NCBI GenBank assembly: GCA_032654565.1
Contig: JAULAX010000005.1
Span: 1-64,000 of the forward strand
DNA from: Anaeromyxobacteraceae bacterium
GTDB taxonomy: Bacteria; Myxococcota; Myxococcia; Myxococcales; Anaeromyxobacteraceae
Length of the DNA: 64,000 bases
Direction: 5' to 3'
The translations under genes and the position numbers were made by a program. This document shows, piece after piece, positions 10,161 through 19,100 of this stretch. Numbering within the stretch: position 1 is the first letter of the stretch; each line of letters starts with the position of its first letter. The notes beneath the pieces are model-generated. The model was not told the origin of the DNA. It did no database searches and saw only the letters and a list, made by a program, of their open reading frames with translations.

Positions 10161-12053
10161 GTGCGCACTCCAGACCCCGCCCCCGGCCGCAGCGGTCCGC
10201 CGACCGGCGGCTATGCCCGGCCGCTGGCGGTCGCCATCGACGCGGCCCGCGCCGCGGCGCGCCTGCTGGTGGCCGAGTTCCACCGCCCGGGTGGGCCGCG
10301 CGGCAGCGGCAGCCAGTGCCCCGCCGACACCGAGGCCGAGGAGCTGGTCCGCCAGGCGCTGCTGGAGGCCTTCCCGGAGTTCGGCTTCATCGCCGAGGAG
10401 GCGCCGGCCCGCGACCAGCCCCCCCGCGATCCGGACCGGCACACCTGGGTCGTCGATCCCAACGACGGCACCCGCTACTTCCTCAGCGGCCGGCGCGGCG
10501 CCTCGATCTCCATCGGCCTGCTGCGCGACGGCGTCCCGGTGCTGGGGGTGGTGCTGGCCCACACCGCCCCCCACGGCGGCGAGGACCTCTTCGGCTGGGC
10601 CGAAGGGCTGGGGGCGGTGACCCGCAACGGCGAGCCGGTGACCGCCAGCCACGCCACCGCGGCGCTCCACCCTGGCGCCGTGGTGCTGGTCTCGCCCTCG
10701 GCCGAGGAGCACCCGCTCGGCAGCGCCCTGTCGCTGGCCCCCGGCCGCTTCCGCCCGGTGGCCTCGATCGCCTACCGGCTGGCGCTGGTGGCGGCCGGCG
10801 AGGCCGAGGCGGCCGTCTCGCTCCAGCCGCTCGACGGCCACGACGTGGTGGCCGGCCACGCCCTGCTGCTCGGGGCGGGGCTGGTGCTGCTCGACGCCGC
10901 CGGGATGGAGGTCCGCTACCACCCGGCGGGCAAGTCCCGGATCGGGCCGGTGGCCGCCGGGGGCCGGGCCCTGGCCACCGAGCTGGCCGGGCGGCTGTCG
11001 CGGCGGCACGAGCCGCCGACCACCGCCGCGGCCACCGAGCTGGTGGCCACCCGCGCCGGCCAGGCCTGCGCCGACCCGGCGCTGCTGCGCCGCGCCCAGG
11101 GGGCGCTCCTCGGCCAGCTCTGCGGCGACGCGCTCGGCAGCCTGGTGGAGTTCGAGAGCGAGGAGGAGATCGCCGAGGACTACCCCGACGGCGTCCGCGA
11201 GCTGGTGGACGGCGGCACCTGGAACCTGCTGGCCGGGCAGCCCACCGACGACTCCGAGCTGGCCCTGGCGCTGGCCCGCTCGCTGATCCGGCGCGGCGGC
11301 TACCAGGCCGCCGACGCGGTCCGCGCCTACGTCGGCTGGTACCAGTCGCGCCCCTTCGACATCGGCCACACCACCCGGGCGGCGCTGGGCGCGGCCGCCG
11401 ACGCCCTGCGCGCCGGGCAGGACCCGGTCGCCGCCGCCCGCGCCTCGGCCCGGCGGGAGAGCCGGGCCAACGGCTCGCTGATGCGGGTCTCGCCGCTGGG
11501 CATCTACGGCTACCGCCTGGAGCCGGCGGCGCTGGCGGCGCTGGCCCGCGAGGACGCCACGCTCACCCACCCGCACCCCGACTGCGCCGACGCCGGGGTG
11601 GTCTTCACCGCCGCGGTGGCCCGGGCGGTGGCGCTGGGCGGGACCCCGGCCGGGCTGGCCGACTGGGCCCTGGGCTTCGCCCGCGAACAGCGGCTCCAGC
11701 CCGCGGTGATCGAGGCCCTGGTGGCCTCGGCGAGCCACCGCCCCGACTACGCCACCCACCAGGGGCTGGTCACGGTGGCGCTGCAGAACGCCTTCTTCCA
11801 GCTGCGCCACGCCGAGCCGGAGGCGGCGCTGGTCGACACCGTCCGGCGCGGCGGCGACACCGACACCAACGCCGCCATCGCCGGGGCCCTGCTGGGCGCG
11901 GTCCATGGCGTCCACGGGCTGCCGCTCCGCTGGCGCAACGCCGTCCTCACCTGCTTCCCGGTGGCCGGGATGCCCGGCTGCCAGCGCCCCCGCCCCCCCA
12001 GCTGCTGGGCCGTCGACGCGCTGGTAGTGGCGGAGCGGCTGCTGGCCGGCTGA
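10161..12053 (+). CDS. inositol monophosphatase-family / ADP-ribosylglycohydrolase fusion protein
   Basis: N-half AEE..WVVDPNDGT; C-half GDALG, PTDDSE, NGSLMRVSP, GGDTDTNAAIAG; start uncertain. Confidence 0.8.
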   Translation: MRTPDPAPGRSGPPTGGYARPLAVAIDAARAAARLLVAEFHRPGGPRGSGSQCPADTEAEELVRQALLEAFPEFGFIAEEAPARDQPPRDPDRHTWVVDPNDGTRYFLSGRRGASISIGLLRDGVPVLGVVLAHTAPHGGEDLFGWAEGLGAVTRNGEPVTASHATAALHPGAVVLVSPSAEEHPLGSALSLAPGRFRPVASIAYRLALVAAGEAEAAVSLQPLDGHDVVAGHALLLGAGLVLLDAAGMEVRYHPAGKSRIGPVAAGGRALATELAGRLSRRHEPPTTAAATELVATRAGQACADPALLRRAQGALLGQLCGDALGSLVEFESEEEIAEDYPDGVRELVDGGTWNLLAGQPTDDSELALALARSLIRRGGYQAADAVRAYVGWYQSRPFDIGHTTRAALGAAADALRAGQDPVAAARASARRESRANGSLMRVSPLGIYGYRLEPAALAALAREDATLTHPHPDCADAGVVFTAAVARAVALGGTPAGLADWALGFAREQRLQPAVIEALVASASHRPDYATHQGLVTVALQNAFFQLRHAEPEAALVDTVRRGGDTDTNAAIAGALLGAVHGVHGLPLRWRNAVLTCFPVAGMPGCQRPRPPSCWAVDALVVAERLLAG

Positions 12054-12061
12054 CGGCGCCT

Positions 12062-12091
12062 GGGCGTAGGCCCCAAGAGGGGCTTACGCCC
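12062..12091 (+). terminator. 13-bp stem hairpin between the fusion gene and xth
   Basis: GGGCGTAGGCCCC-aaga-GGGGCTTACGCCC (one G-U pair); no U-tract. Confidence 0.45.
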
Positions 12092-12146
12092 TGACCGGGT
12101 CGCCGCGGCGGCCGGCCCCGGATAGGTCCTGCGCGGAGGTCAACGC

Positions 12147-12902
12147 GTGAAGGTCGTCACCTGGAACGTCAACGGCATCCGGGCCCGCGAGGCGCAGGTG
12201 CTGGAGCTGCTCGACCGCGAGTCGCCGGCGCTGGTCTGCCTCCAGGAGATCAAGGCGCCGGCCGCCAAGGTCCCGGCCTCGCTGCGCGACCTGCCCGGCT
12301 ACCACGCCTGCTGGCACGGCGACTCCGCCTACTCCGGCGTGGCCCTGCTGGTGCGCGCCGATCGCTTCGAGGCCCCGCCGGTCTTCTTCCACCCTGACTT
12401 CGACTTCGAGCACCGGGTGGTGGCGGCGGAGCTGGGGGGCGTCACCGTGGCCTGCCTCTACGTGCCCAACGGCGGCAAGGACTTCGAGGCCAAGCTCCGC
12501 TTCGCCAGCGCGCTCGACGCCTGGGCGGCGGAGCTGGCGGCGGCGGGGCGGCCGCTGCTGCTCTGCGGCGACCTCAACATCACCGCCGCCGACGCCGACG
12601 TCCACGAGAAGGAGCGGCGGGCCGGCGCCATCGGCCAGCGCGCCGACGAGCGGTCGCTGCTGGGCGCGCTGCTGGGGCGCGGGCTGGTCGACGTCGGTCG
12701 CGCCCTCGATCCCTCTAACACCGCCCTCTTCACCTGGTGGCCGCCGTGGCGCGGGCTCCGCCAGAAGAACGTCGGCTGGCGGATCGACTACGTGGTGGCC
12801 AGCGGCGCGCTCGCCGCCCGGGCCCGCCGCTGCCGGGTGCTGGCCGAGTTCGGCACCAGCGACCACGCCCCGGTGGTGAGCGAGTTCGACGGCTGGGGGT
12901 AG
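12147..12902 (+). CDS. xth: exodeoxyribonuclease III / AP endonuclease
   Basis: TWNVNGIR, CLQEIK, YVPNG, GDLN, GWRIDY, SDHAP. Confidence 0.9.
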   Translation: MKVVTWNVNGIRAREAQVLELLDRESPALVCLQEIKAPAAKVPASLRDLPGYHACWHGDSAYSGVALLVRADRFEAPPVFFHPDFDFEHRVVAAELGGVTVACLYVPNGGKDFEAKLRFASALDAWAAELAAAGRPLLLCGDLNITAADADVHEKERRAGAIGQRADERSLLGALLGRGLVDVGRALDPSNTALFTWWPPWRGLRQKNVGWRIDYVVASGALAARARRCRVLAEFGTSDHAPVVSEFDGWG

Positions 12903-12947
12903 CAGCGGCCACCTGTCGAAGCCGTATGATGCCGGCGAGGAGCCGCC

Positions 12948-13514
12948 ATGCCCACCGACTACCAGTCACTCCCCCCCACGGCCCGCCAGCGCCGCCCCGA
13001 GCTCGCCCGCGGCGACGACTTCATCAAGGCCATGCTCCACCGCGGCGTGGTGGCCCACGTCGGCAACGTCAGCGGGGACCAGCCCTTCGTCCACCCCACC
13101 AACTACTGGTACGACGAGGCCGGCCACCGGCTGGTCTTCCACGGCCACCTGGCGGGCCGCACCCGCTCCAACCTCGACCACTTCCCCCTGGCCTGCGCCG
13201 AGGTCAGCGAGTTCGGCCGCCTGCTCCCCTCCAACTCGCCCTACGAGCTCTCCATCCAGTACCGGGCGGTGCTGGTCTTCGGGCGCGTCGCCGTGCTCAC
13301 CGATCCGCTCCAGGCCCGCGCCGCGCTCGGCGGGCTCATCGCCCGGTACTTCCCGGCCCTGCGCGAGGGCGACGACTACCGCCCCATCACCCCGCAGGAG
13401 CTGGGCGCCACCAGCGTCTACGCGCTCGCCATCGACCGCTGGAGCGGCAAGGAGAACTGGCCGGAGGCGGCCGAGCAGCTGGCCGACTGGAAGCCGCTCG
13501 ACCCGCCGCGCTGA
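12948..13514 (+). CDS. pyridoxamine 5'-phosphate oxidase-like flavin-binding protein
   Basis: QPFVHPTNY, LVFHG, SIQYRAVLVFG, WSGK pattern. Confidence 0.75.
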   Translation: MPTDYQSLPPTARQRRPELARGDDFIKAMLHRGVVAHVGNVSGDQPFVHPTNYWYDEAGHRLVFHGHLAGRTRSNLDHFPLACAEVSEFGRLLPSNSPYELSIQYRAVLVFGRVAVLTDPLQARAALGGLIARYFPALREGDDYRPITPQELGATSVYALAIDRWSGKENWPEAAEQLADWKPLDPPR

Positions 13515-13603
13515 CGGGGTCGGGGCGGGCCCAGGCCAGGCGAGCGGCGCTGTCAGCGCCCCGGGGGCGCGGCGACCGGGGTCCGGCCCCGCTGGCGGGT
13601 GGC

Positions 13604-15136
13604 TCAGCGCTCTGGCCGTGCGGCGGCCCCGGCCCGGCCGGGCCAGCGGGCGTGGAGCACGCCGGGGTCCACCTGGCCGCCCTCGGAGACCGGGGCCAGC
13701 CGCGCCGACATCCCCGGGGCCGCGGTCGCGATCGGGAGACCGAGCCAGCGGCGCACCGTGACGAAGGCGGCGTCGCGCTCGACGGCCGGCAGCATGGCGA
13801 TCGCGGCGCCGTGGTTGGCCAGCGCCACCACGTGCTTCTCGCCCCCGGCCGACGGCGTGAACTGCCCGCCGCTCCACGGGTCGCGGCCGCCGTAGATGAA
13901 CATGATCCGGTCGCCGCGGGCCCGCACCCAGGCGTCGACCGCCGCCATGGCGCTGCCGTCCCAGCGCTTGGTCACGCCGGCGGGCGGGTAGATGGAGGCG
14001 TCATCGACCAGCGGCGCACCGCCCAGCGTCGCCAGCAGGTGGGCCTGCGGCAGCGCCGGGGAGCCGAGCTGCGTGGCCGACTGGTAGTAGTACGGGGCGT
14101 AGGCGTCGAGCGTGGCGTCGCCCCAGGACCAGGCGGTGCCGCCGGGCCCGCCGTAGACCGACTCCATGAAGTCGAAGAGGGCCTGCGGCGTGGCGCCGGG
14201 GCCGGGGATGGTGGCGCACCCTGCCTCGCTGCCGTACTGCCAGAAGGTGAACTGCAGCTCCAGGGCGGCGAGGTCGAGCGTCCGCGACAGGCCGAAGGTG
14301 AGATAGGTGTCACCGGCGGCGGCCACGGCGCTGGCCATGAGCGGCTCGATGCCGGCGTGGTCCTGGAGGATGGCGACCTGCGCGGCGTGGAGGGCGTCAC
14401 GGCAGCTGGGGGCGCCGAGCGACTCCAGCCAGGCCACGTAGCGGGTGTCGACCTGCGCGAAGGAGATGGGGGCGACGTAGGCCACCGTGGCGGCCACGTC
14501 GTCCGGGTAGAAGGCGCGGTGGTAGACCGCGGTCATGCCGCCCTTGCTGCCGCCGGTGGTGAGCCAGGGGCCGCCCAGCAGCGGCGTGAGCGTCTCCACC
14601 AGCCGGTGCTGGTCGCTGGCTGCCTGGAAGATGTCGAGCGTTCCCCAGTCGAGGACCGCCGGCGCCGACGGGCCGAAGTAGCGGTGCTCCATCCGCACCT
14701 GGTTGGCGGAGAGCGCGACGGTCAGCTCGGCCTGCCCGGTGCCGGTGCCGATGCCGTAGCCGGTGGTGGCCAGCACCGTCGGCGCCGCCGGGCCGCGCCA
14801 GAGCAGGGTGGCGCGCTGGCTGAAGCGGGGGCCGGCGGGGGCGCAGTGATCGACCGGGCGATCGAAGGTGAGGACGAAGAAGCGGGTCCCGGCCGGCGGG
14901 GCAGGGTCCTCGGTGACGGTGAGGACCCCGGGGAGGGCCGCCAGCTGGGCGGCCAGGTCGAGCGCCGGGCTGGGCGCCGCGACGGTGAGCGGCGCCACCG
15001 CGCAGGGGCCGCTGAGCTGGAGCGGCGGGGGGGGCGGCGTGACCGTGGCCTTGTCCCCTCCGCAGCCGGCCAGGGCCAGGGCTGCGGACACGGCCGCGGC
15101 GTGGAGCCCCTGCCGGAGTGGGCCGACGGCACCCAT
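13604..15136 (-). CDS. S37/S28-family serine peptidase lipoprotein
   Basis: Lipobox LAGC, FDRPVDH, EHRYFGPS, GGSKGG nucleophile elbow, YGGRDPW. Confidence 0.8.
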   Translation of the reverse strand: MGAVGPLRQGLHAAAVSAALALAGCGGDKATVTPPPPPLQLSGPCAVAPLTVAAPSPALDLAAQLAALPGVLTVTEDPAPPAGTRFFVLTFDRPVDHCAPAGPRFSQRATLLWRGPAAPTVLATTGYGIGTGTGQAELTVALSANQVRMEHRYFGPSAPAVLDWGTLDIFQAASDQHRLVETLTPLLGGPWLTTGGSKGGMTAVYHRAFYPDDVAATVAYVAPISFAQVDTRYVAWLESLGAPSCRDALHAAQVAILQDHAGIEPLMASAVAAAGDTYLTFGLSRTLDLAALELQFTFWQYGSEAGCATIPGPGATPQALFDFMESVYGGPGGTAWSWGDATLDAYAPYYYQSATQLGSPALPQAHLLATLGGAPLVDDASIYPPAGVTKRWDGSAMAAVDAWVRARGDRIMFIYGGRDPWSGGQFTPSAGGEKHVVALANHGAAIAMLPAVERDAAFVTVRRWLGLPIATAAPGMSARLAPVSEGGQVDPGVLHARWPGRAGAAARPER

Positions 15137-15524
15137 CACCCGGCCCGATCCCCGCCACCGCGCCGGCCTGGCGAGGGGCGGAGCGGGACGCGCGACCAGG
15201 TGGATGCGGGCCCCACGGGGATCGCCACTCGCCATGCGTCCTCCTCCAGCGGTTCGCCGGCCGCGGCCGGCGTCGGTCCGCGACGGTAGCCCCGGCCGCC
15301 GCGCCGTTCAGCAGAAATGCTCGGGCCGCCCCCGGGCCGGCGCGCGACGCAGGCGGTCACGAGGCGGGGGCGCCAGAGGGGTGTGCAACCGGGGCGATGG
15401 GTGACGGGCTCCGCGATCTCGGCTCAGTCAGCGCTCAACGCCCGAGAACCCACCACCGAGGTGTCTGCGATGTGTTGACTTCCACGGCGTGGACGCCGTC
15501 CCTCCGCTATCCTCCCTGTCGCGC

Positions 15525-16808
15525 ATGTCCTCCTCCCCGCCGCCGCCGTCCGCCGCCCCGCCCTCGCTCTTCTCCGGCGCCGCCGGCCGCGCCCTGGTGG
15601 TGCTCACCCTCATCAACCTCCTCAACTACCTCGACCGCTTCGTGGTCTCGGCGCTGGCCGAGAGCCTGAAGCGCTCCGCGCTCGCGCTCACCGACACCCA
15701 GCTCGGGCTGCTCATGACCGGGTTCGTGGTGGTCTACATGCTGGCCTCGCCGCTCTTCGGCTCGCTGGGCGACCGCCGCTCCCGCCCGCCGCTGGTGGCC
15801 CTGGGGGTCTTCGTCTGGAGCCTGGCCACGGTGCTGGCCGGGTTCGCCGGCAGCTTCGTGGCCCTCTTCCTGGCCCGCGCCGCCGTCGGCATCGGCGAGG
15901 CGGCCTACGGCACCATCGCCCCCAGCCTGCTCGCCGACCTCTTCCCCCGCAGCCGGCGCGGCCGGGTCATGGCGGTCTTCTTCGCCGCCATCCCCATCGG
16001 CGCGGCGCTCGGCTACGTCATCGGGGGGCTGGTCAACGACGCCCTCGGCTGGCGCGCCACCTTCTTCATCGCCGGGGCCCCCGGGCTGGTGCTGGCGCTG
16101 CTCTGCCTTCGGCTGCCCGATCCGCCCCGCGGCGGGCAGGACGAGGCGCCGGGCGCGGGAGAGGCCGCGGCGCCGACCGGGGCGCTGGCCACCTACGGCC
16201 GGCTGCTGCGCAACCGCAGCTACCTGCTCACCGTGCTCGGCTACGCCGCCTACACCTTCGCCGTGGGCGGCATGGCCTTCTGGATGCCCTCCTTCCTGGA
16301 GCGGGTGCGCGGCCTCCCGCCGGCCCAGGCCACCATCCAGTTCGGCGCCATCGTGGTGGTGACCGGGTTCGTCGGCACCTTCGCCGGCGGCTGGCTGGGC
16401 GACCTCCTGCTGCGCCGCACCGCCCAGGCCTACCTCTGGCTCTCCGGCGTCACCGCGCTGCTGGCGGCGCCGCTGGCCTGGGTCGTCTTCACCGACCCGC
16501 GCCCGGCGGTCTACCTGCCGGCGGTGGTGGTGGCGGAGCTGCTCCTCTTCGCCTCCACCGGACCGGTCAACTCGGCCATCCTGAACGTGGTCCGCCCCGG
16601 CGAGCGGGCCACCGCGGTGGCCATGAGCATCCTCACCATCCACCTCCTCGGCGACGTCCCCTCGCCGCCGCTGATCGGCCACATCTCCGATCTCTCCTCG
16701 CTGGCTCGTGGGGTGCTGGTGGTCCCGGTGGCCATCCTGGTGGCCGGGGCCATCTGGACGCTGGAGGCGTGGCTGGGCGGGCGGCGGGAGCGGCCGGTGG
16801 GCTCGTGA
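15525..16808 (+). CDS. spinster-family MFS transporter
   Basis: LINLLNYLDR, RAAVGIGEA, HLLGDVPSP; about 12 hydrophobic segments. Confidence 0.85.
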   Translation: MSSSPPPPSAAPPSLFSGAAGRALVVLTLINLLNYLDRFVVSALAESLKRSALALTDTQLGLLMTGFVVVYMLASPLFGSLGDRRSRPPLVALGVFVWSLATVLAGFAGSFVALFLARAAVGIGEAAYGTIAPSLLADLFPRSRRGRVMAVFFAAIPIGAALGYVIGGLVNDALGWRATFFIAGAPGLVLALLCLRLPDPPRGGQDEAPGAGEAAAPTGALATYGRLLRNRSYLLTVLGYAAYTFAVGGMAFWMPSFLERVRGLPPAQATIQFGAIVVVTGFVGTFAGGWLGDLLLRRTAQAYLWLSGVTALLAAPLAWVVFTDPRPAVYLPAVVVAELLLFASTGPVNSAILNVVRPGERATAVAMSILTIHLLGDVPSPPLIGHISDLSSLARGVLVVPVAILVAGAIWTLEAWLGGRRERPVGS

Positions 16809-18157
16809 TCCGCGCCGTGCTCCGGGTGGCGCTGCGGGCGCTGCTGCGCATCTTCTTCAGGCGCATCGAGCTGTCCGGCCTCGACCGGCTGCCGGCCACG
16901 GGGGCGGTGGTGCTGGTGGCCAACCACCCCAGCACCCTGGTCGATCCCATCCTGCTGCTGGCCTTCGCCCCCCGCCCGGTGTCGTTCCTCGCCAAGGAGC
17001 CGGTCTTCCGCATGCCGGTGATCGGCCGCGCCGCCCGCGCCCTCGACGCCATCCCGGTCCACCGCGCCATGGACGGCGCCGACCCGCGGAGGAACGCCGA
17101 GACCTTCAGCCGGGCCCGGGCGCTGCTGCGGCTGGGGGGCGTGCTGGCCCTGTTCCCCGAGGGGACCTCGCACGACGACCCGCGGATGAAGCCGCTCAAG
17201 TCGGGCGCGGCGCGCATCGCGCTGGGGGCCGCCTCCACCGGGGAGGGGCTGCCGCTCTCCATCGTCCCGGCCGGGCTGGTCTTCACCGACAAGGGGACCT
17301 TCCGCAGCGAGGTGCTGCTGGCCTTCGGCGCGCCCATCGAGGTGGCGCCGGGGCCGCTGACGCCGCGGGGCGAGCCGACGACGCCGACGGTGCGGGCCTT
17401 GACGGCCCGGATCCAGGCCGGGCTCGACGCCCTGGTGCTGCAGGCGGAGAGCGAGGGCGCGCTGGGGCTGGCGGCGGCGGCCGAGCGGCTGCTCTCCGAG
17501 GGTGGTGGGAGCACGCTGGCGGAGCGGGTCGAGCTGCGCCAGCGGCTGCTGGCCGGCCGGGCCTGGTTCGTGGCCAACGACCCGGCGCGGCTGGCGTCGC
17601 TGGAGCTCCGGCTGCGCCGCCACCTGGACCTGCTGGAGGAGGCCCGGCTCGACGGCCCGGAGCGGCTCGCTCCCCTCCGCGCCGCGGCGCTGGCGCGCGG
17701 GCTGCTCCACCTGCTGCTGGCGCCGCTGGCGCTGGCCGGGGTGGTGCTCCACTTCGCGGCCTGGCATGCGGTGAGCGCGCTGGCCCACCACCATGCCCGC
17801 GGCGACCGGTCGATGGACGCCACGCTCAAGCTCGGCCTCGGTCTCCTGCTCTACCCGGCCACCTGGCTGGCCGCCGGGGTGGCGGCCGGGGCCGGGCTGG
17901 GGCTGGCGGCGGGGCTGCTGGTCGGGGTGGCCGGCTTCTTCCTCGCCGCCGCGGCGGTGGCCTTCGACGAGGGGAGCGAGCCGGTGCGGACGCTGGTGCG
18001 GGGGGCGCTGCTCCGCCTCGGCCACCGCGGGGCGCTGGCGCGGCTGCGGGGCGAGCGGGAGGCGCTGCGAGCGGAGCTGATCACCGCCGCCACCCTGGTC
18101 CCGACCGAGAGTACCGCGGGACGGCCGGGGGTCCGCGGGACGGCCGGTGACGGCTGA
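16805..18157 (+). CDS. PlsC-like lysophospholipid acyltransferase with C-terminal TM helices
   Basis: NHPSTLVD (HX4D) and FPEGTS; GTGA overlap with the MFS stop. Confidence 0.8.
   Translation: MIRAVLRVALRALLRIFFRRIELSGLDRLPATGAVVLVANHPSTLVDPILLLAFAPRPVSFLAKEPVFRMPVIGRAARALDAIPVHRAMDGADPRRNAETFSRARALLRLGGVLALFPEGTSHDDPRMKPLKSGAARIALGAASTGEGLPLSIVPAGLVFTDKGTFRSEVLLAFGAPIEVAPGPLTPRGEPTTPTVRALTARIQAGLDALVLQAESEGALGLAAAAERLLSEGGGSTLAERVELRQRLLAGRAWFVANDPARLASLELRLRRHLDLLEEARLDGPERLAPLRAAALARGLLHLLLAPLALAGVVLHFAAWHAVSALAHHHARGDRSMDATLKLGLGLLLYPATWLAAGVAAGAGLGLAAGLLVGVAGFFLAAAAVAFDEGSEPVRTLVRGALLRLGHRGALARLRGEREALRAELITAATLVPTESTAGRPGVRGTAGDG
18114..18147 (+). repeat. 15-bp direct repeat CCGCGGGACGGCCGG x2 (19-bp period)
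   Basis: Copies at 18114-18128 and 18133-18147 inside the element left end. Confidence 0.8.
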
Positions 18158-18187
18158 GGAAAACCCAAAGGGAATGCGGGGCTCCGG

Positions 18188-18202
18188 TGGCACGGGGCCT
18201 GC
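18188..18202 (+). promoter_or_regulatory. sigma54-like -24/-12 promoter upstream of the RAYT gene
   Basis: TGGCACG-gggc-CTGC, GG-N10-GC spacing, one mismatch to TGGCACG-N4-TTGC. Confidence 0.5.
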
Positions 18203-18215
18203 CTTACCCAGAGGC

Positions 18216-19100
18216 ATGACCGCCCCCCGACAGGTCCTCCCCGGCACCACCTACCTCGTCACCCGCCGCTGCACCCAGCGCCAGTTCCTCCTTCGCCCCT
18301 CCAGGCCGGCCAGCCAGGTCTTCCTCTACCTCCTCGCGGTCGCCGCCGAGCGCTACGGCATCGAGGTCCACGCCTACTGCGTCATGTCGAACCACTACCA
18401 CCTGGTGGTGACCGACCCCCACGCCCGCCTCCCGCTGTTCCACCTCTTCCTCGACGGCCTCGCCGGCCGGGCCCTCAACGCCCTGCTCGGTCGTCGCGAG
18501 GACTTCTGGGGCCCCGACAGCTACAGCGCCGTCGAGCTGGCCAGCCCGCAGGCCGTCGTCGACAAGGCCGCCTACACCCTGGCCAACCCGGTGGCGGCCG
18601 GGCTGGTCCGGTCGGCCCGTCGCTGGCCGGGGCTCTGGTCATCGCCTGACGAGGTGGGAGCAACCGGGCGCCAGGTGAAGCGCCCCACCCACTTCTTCGA
18701 CCAGAAGGGGACCATGCCCGAGTCGGCGACCCTCACGCTCACCACCCCGCCCGGATTTCCCACCGCCGCCGCGTTCCGGGACCGGCTCTCCGCCGCGCTC
18801 GCCGAGCGGGAGGCCGTGGCGGTGAAGAAGGTCGGCACCTTCCTCGGCGTGGCCAGGGTGCTGGCGCAGAAGACCACCGCCCGAGCCAGGGAGCCGCAGC
18901 CGCTCGGCCAGCTCAACCCGAGGGTGGCGGCGCGCGACAGGTGGAAGCGGATCGAGGCGCTGGGCAGGCTGGTGGGCTTCCTCGCCGACTACCGGGCGGC
19001 GTTGCACCAGTGGCGCGCCGGCAACAGGAGCGCCGTCTTCCCTGCCGGCACCTACCTGATGCGGGTCGCCTGCGGTGTCGCCTGCGCCGGCGCTGGTTAG
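18216..19100 (+). CDS. REP-associated tyrosine transposase (RAYT, Y1 HUH) with C-terminal extension
   Basis: TYLVTRRC, HAYCVMSNHYHLVV (HUH), FW, YTLANPVAAGLV, WPG. Confidence 0.85.
   Translation: MTAPRQVLPGTTYLVTRRCTQRQFLLRPSRPASQVFLYLLAVAAERYGIEVHAYCVMSNHYHLVVTDPHARLPLFHLFLDGLAGRALNALLGRREDFWGPDSYSAVELASPQAVVDKAAYTLANPVAAGLVRSARRWPGLWSSPDEVGATGRQVKRPTHFFDQKGTMPESATLTLTTPPGFPTAAAFRDRLSAALAEREAVAVKKVGTFLGVARVLAQKTTARAREPQPLGQLNPRVAARDRWKRIEALGRLVGFLADYRAALHQWRAGNRSAVFPAGTYLMRVACGVACAGAG

Noticed and set aside
3943..12091. GTAG-associated hairpins (3943, 12062; also 3043) as canonical REP elements of the RAYT
   Set aside because: The sequences are not similar to each other, the GTAG mostly comes from TAG stop codons, and none flanks the RAYT gene.
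15137..15524. Possible ncRNA or riboswitch in the peptidase-MFS divergent spacer
   Set aside because: No recognisable motif by eye; would need an Rfam scan.
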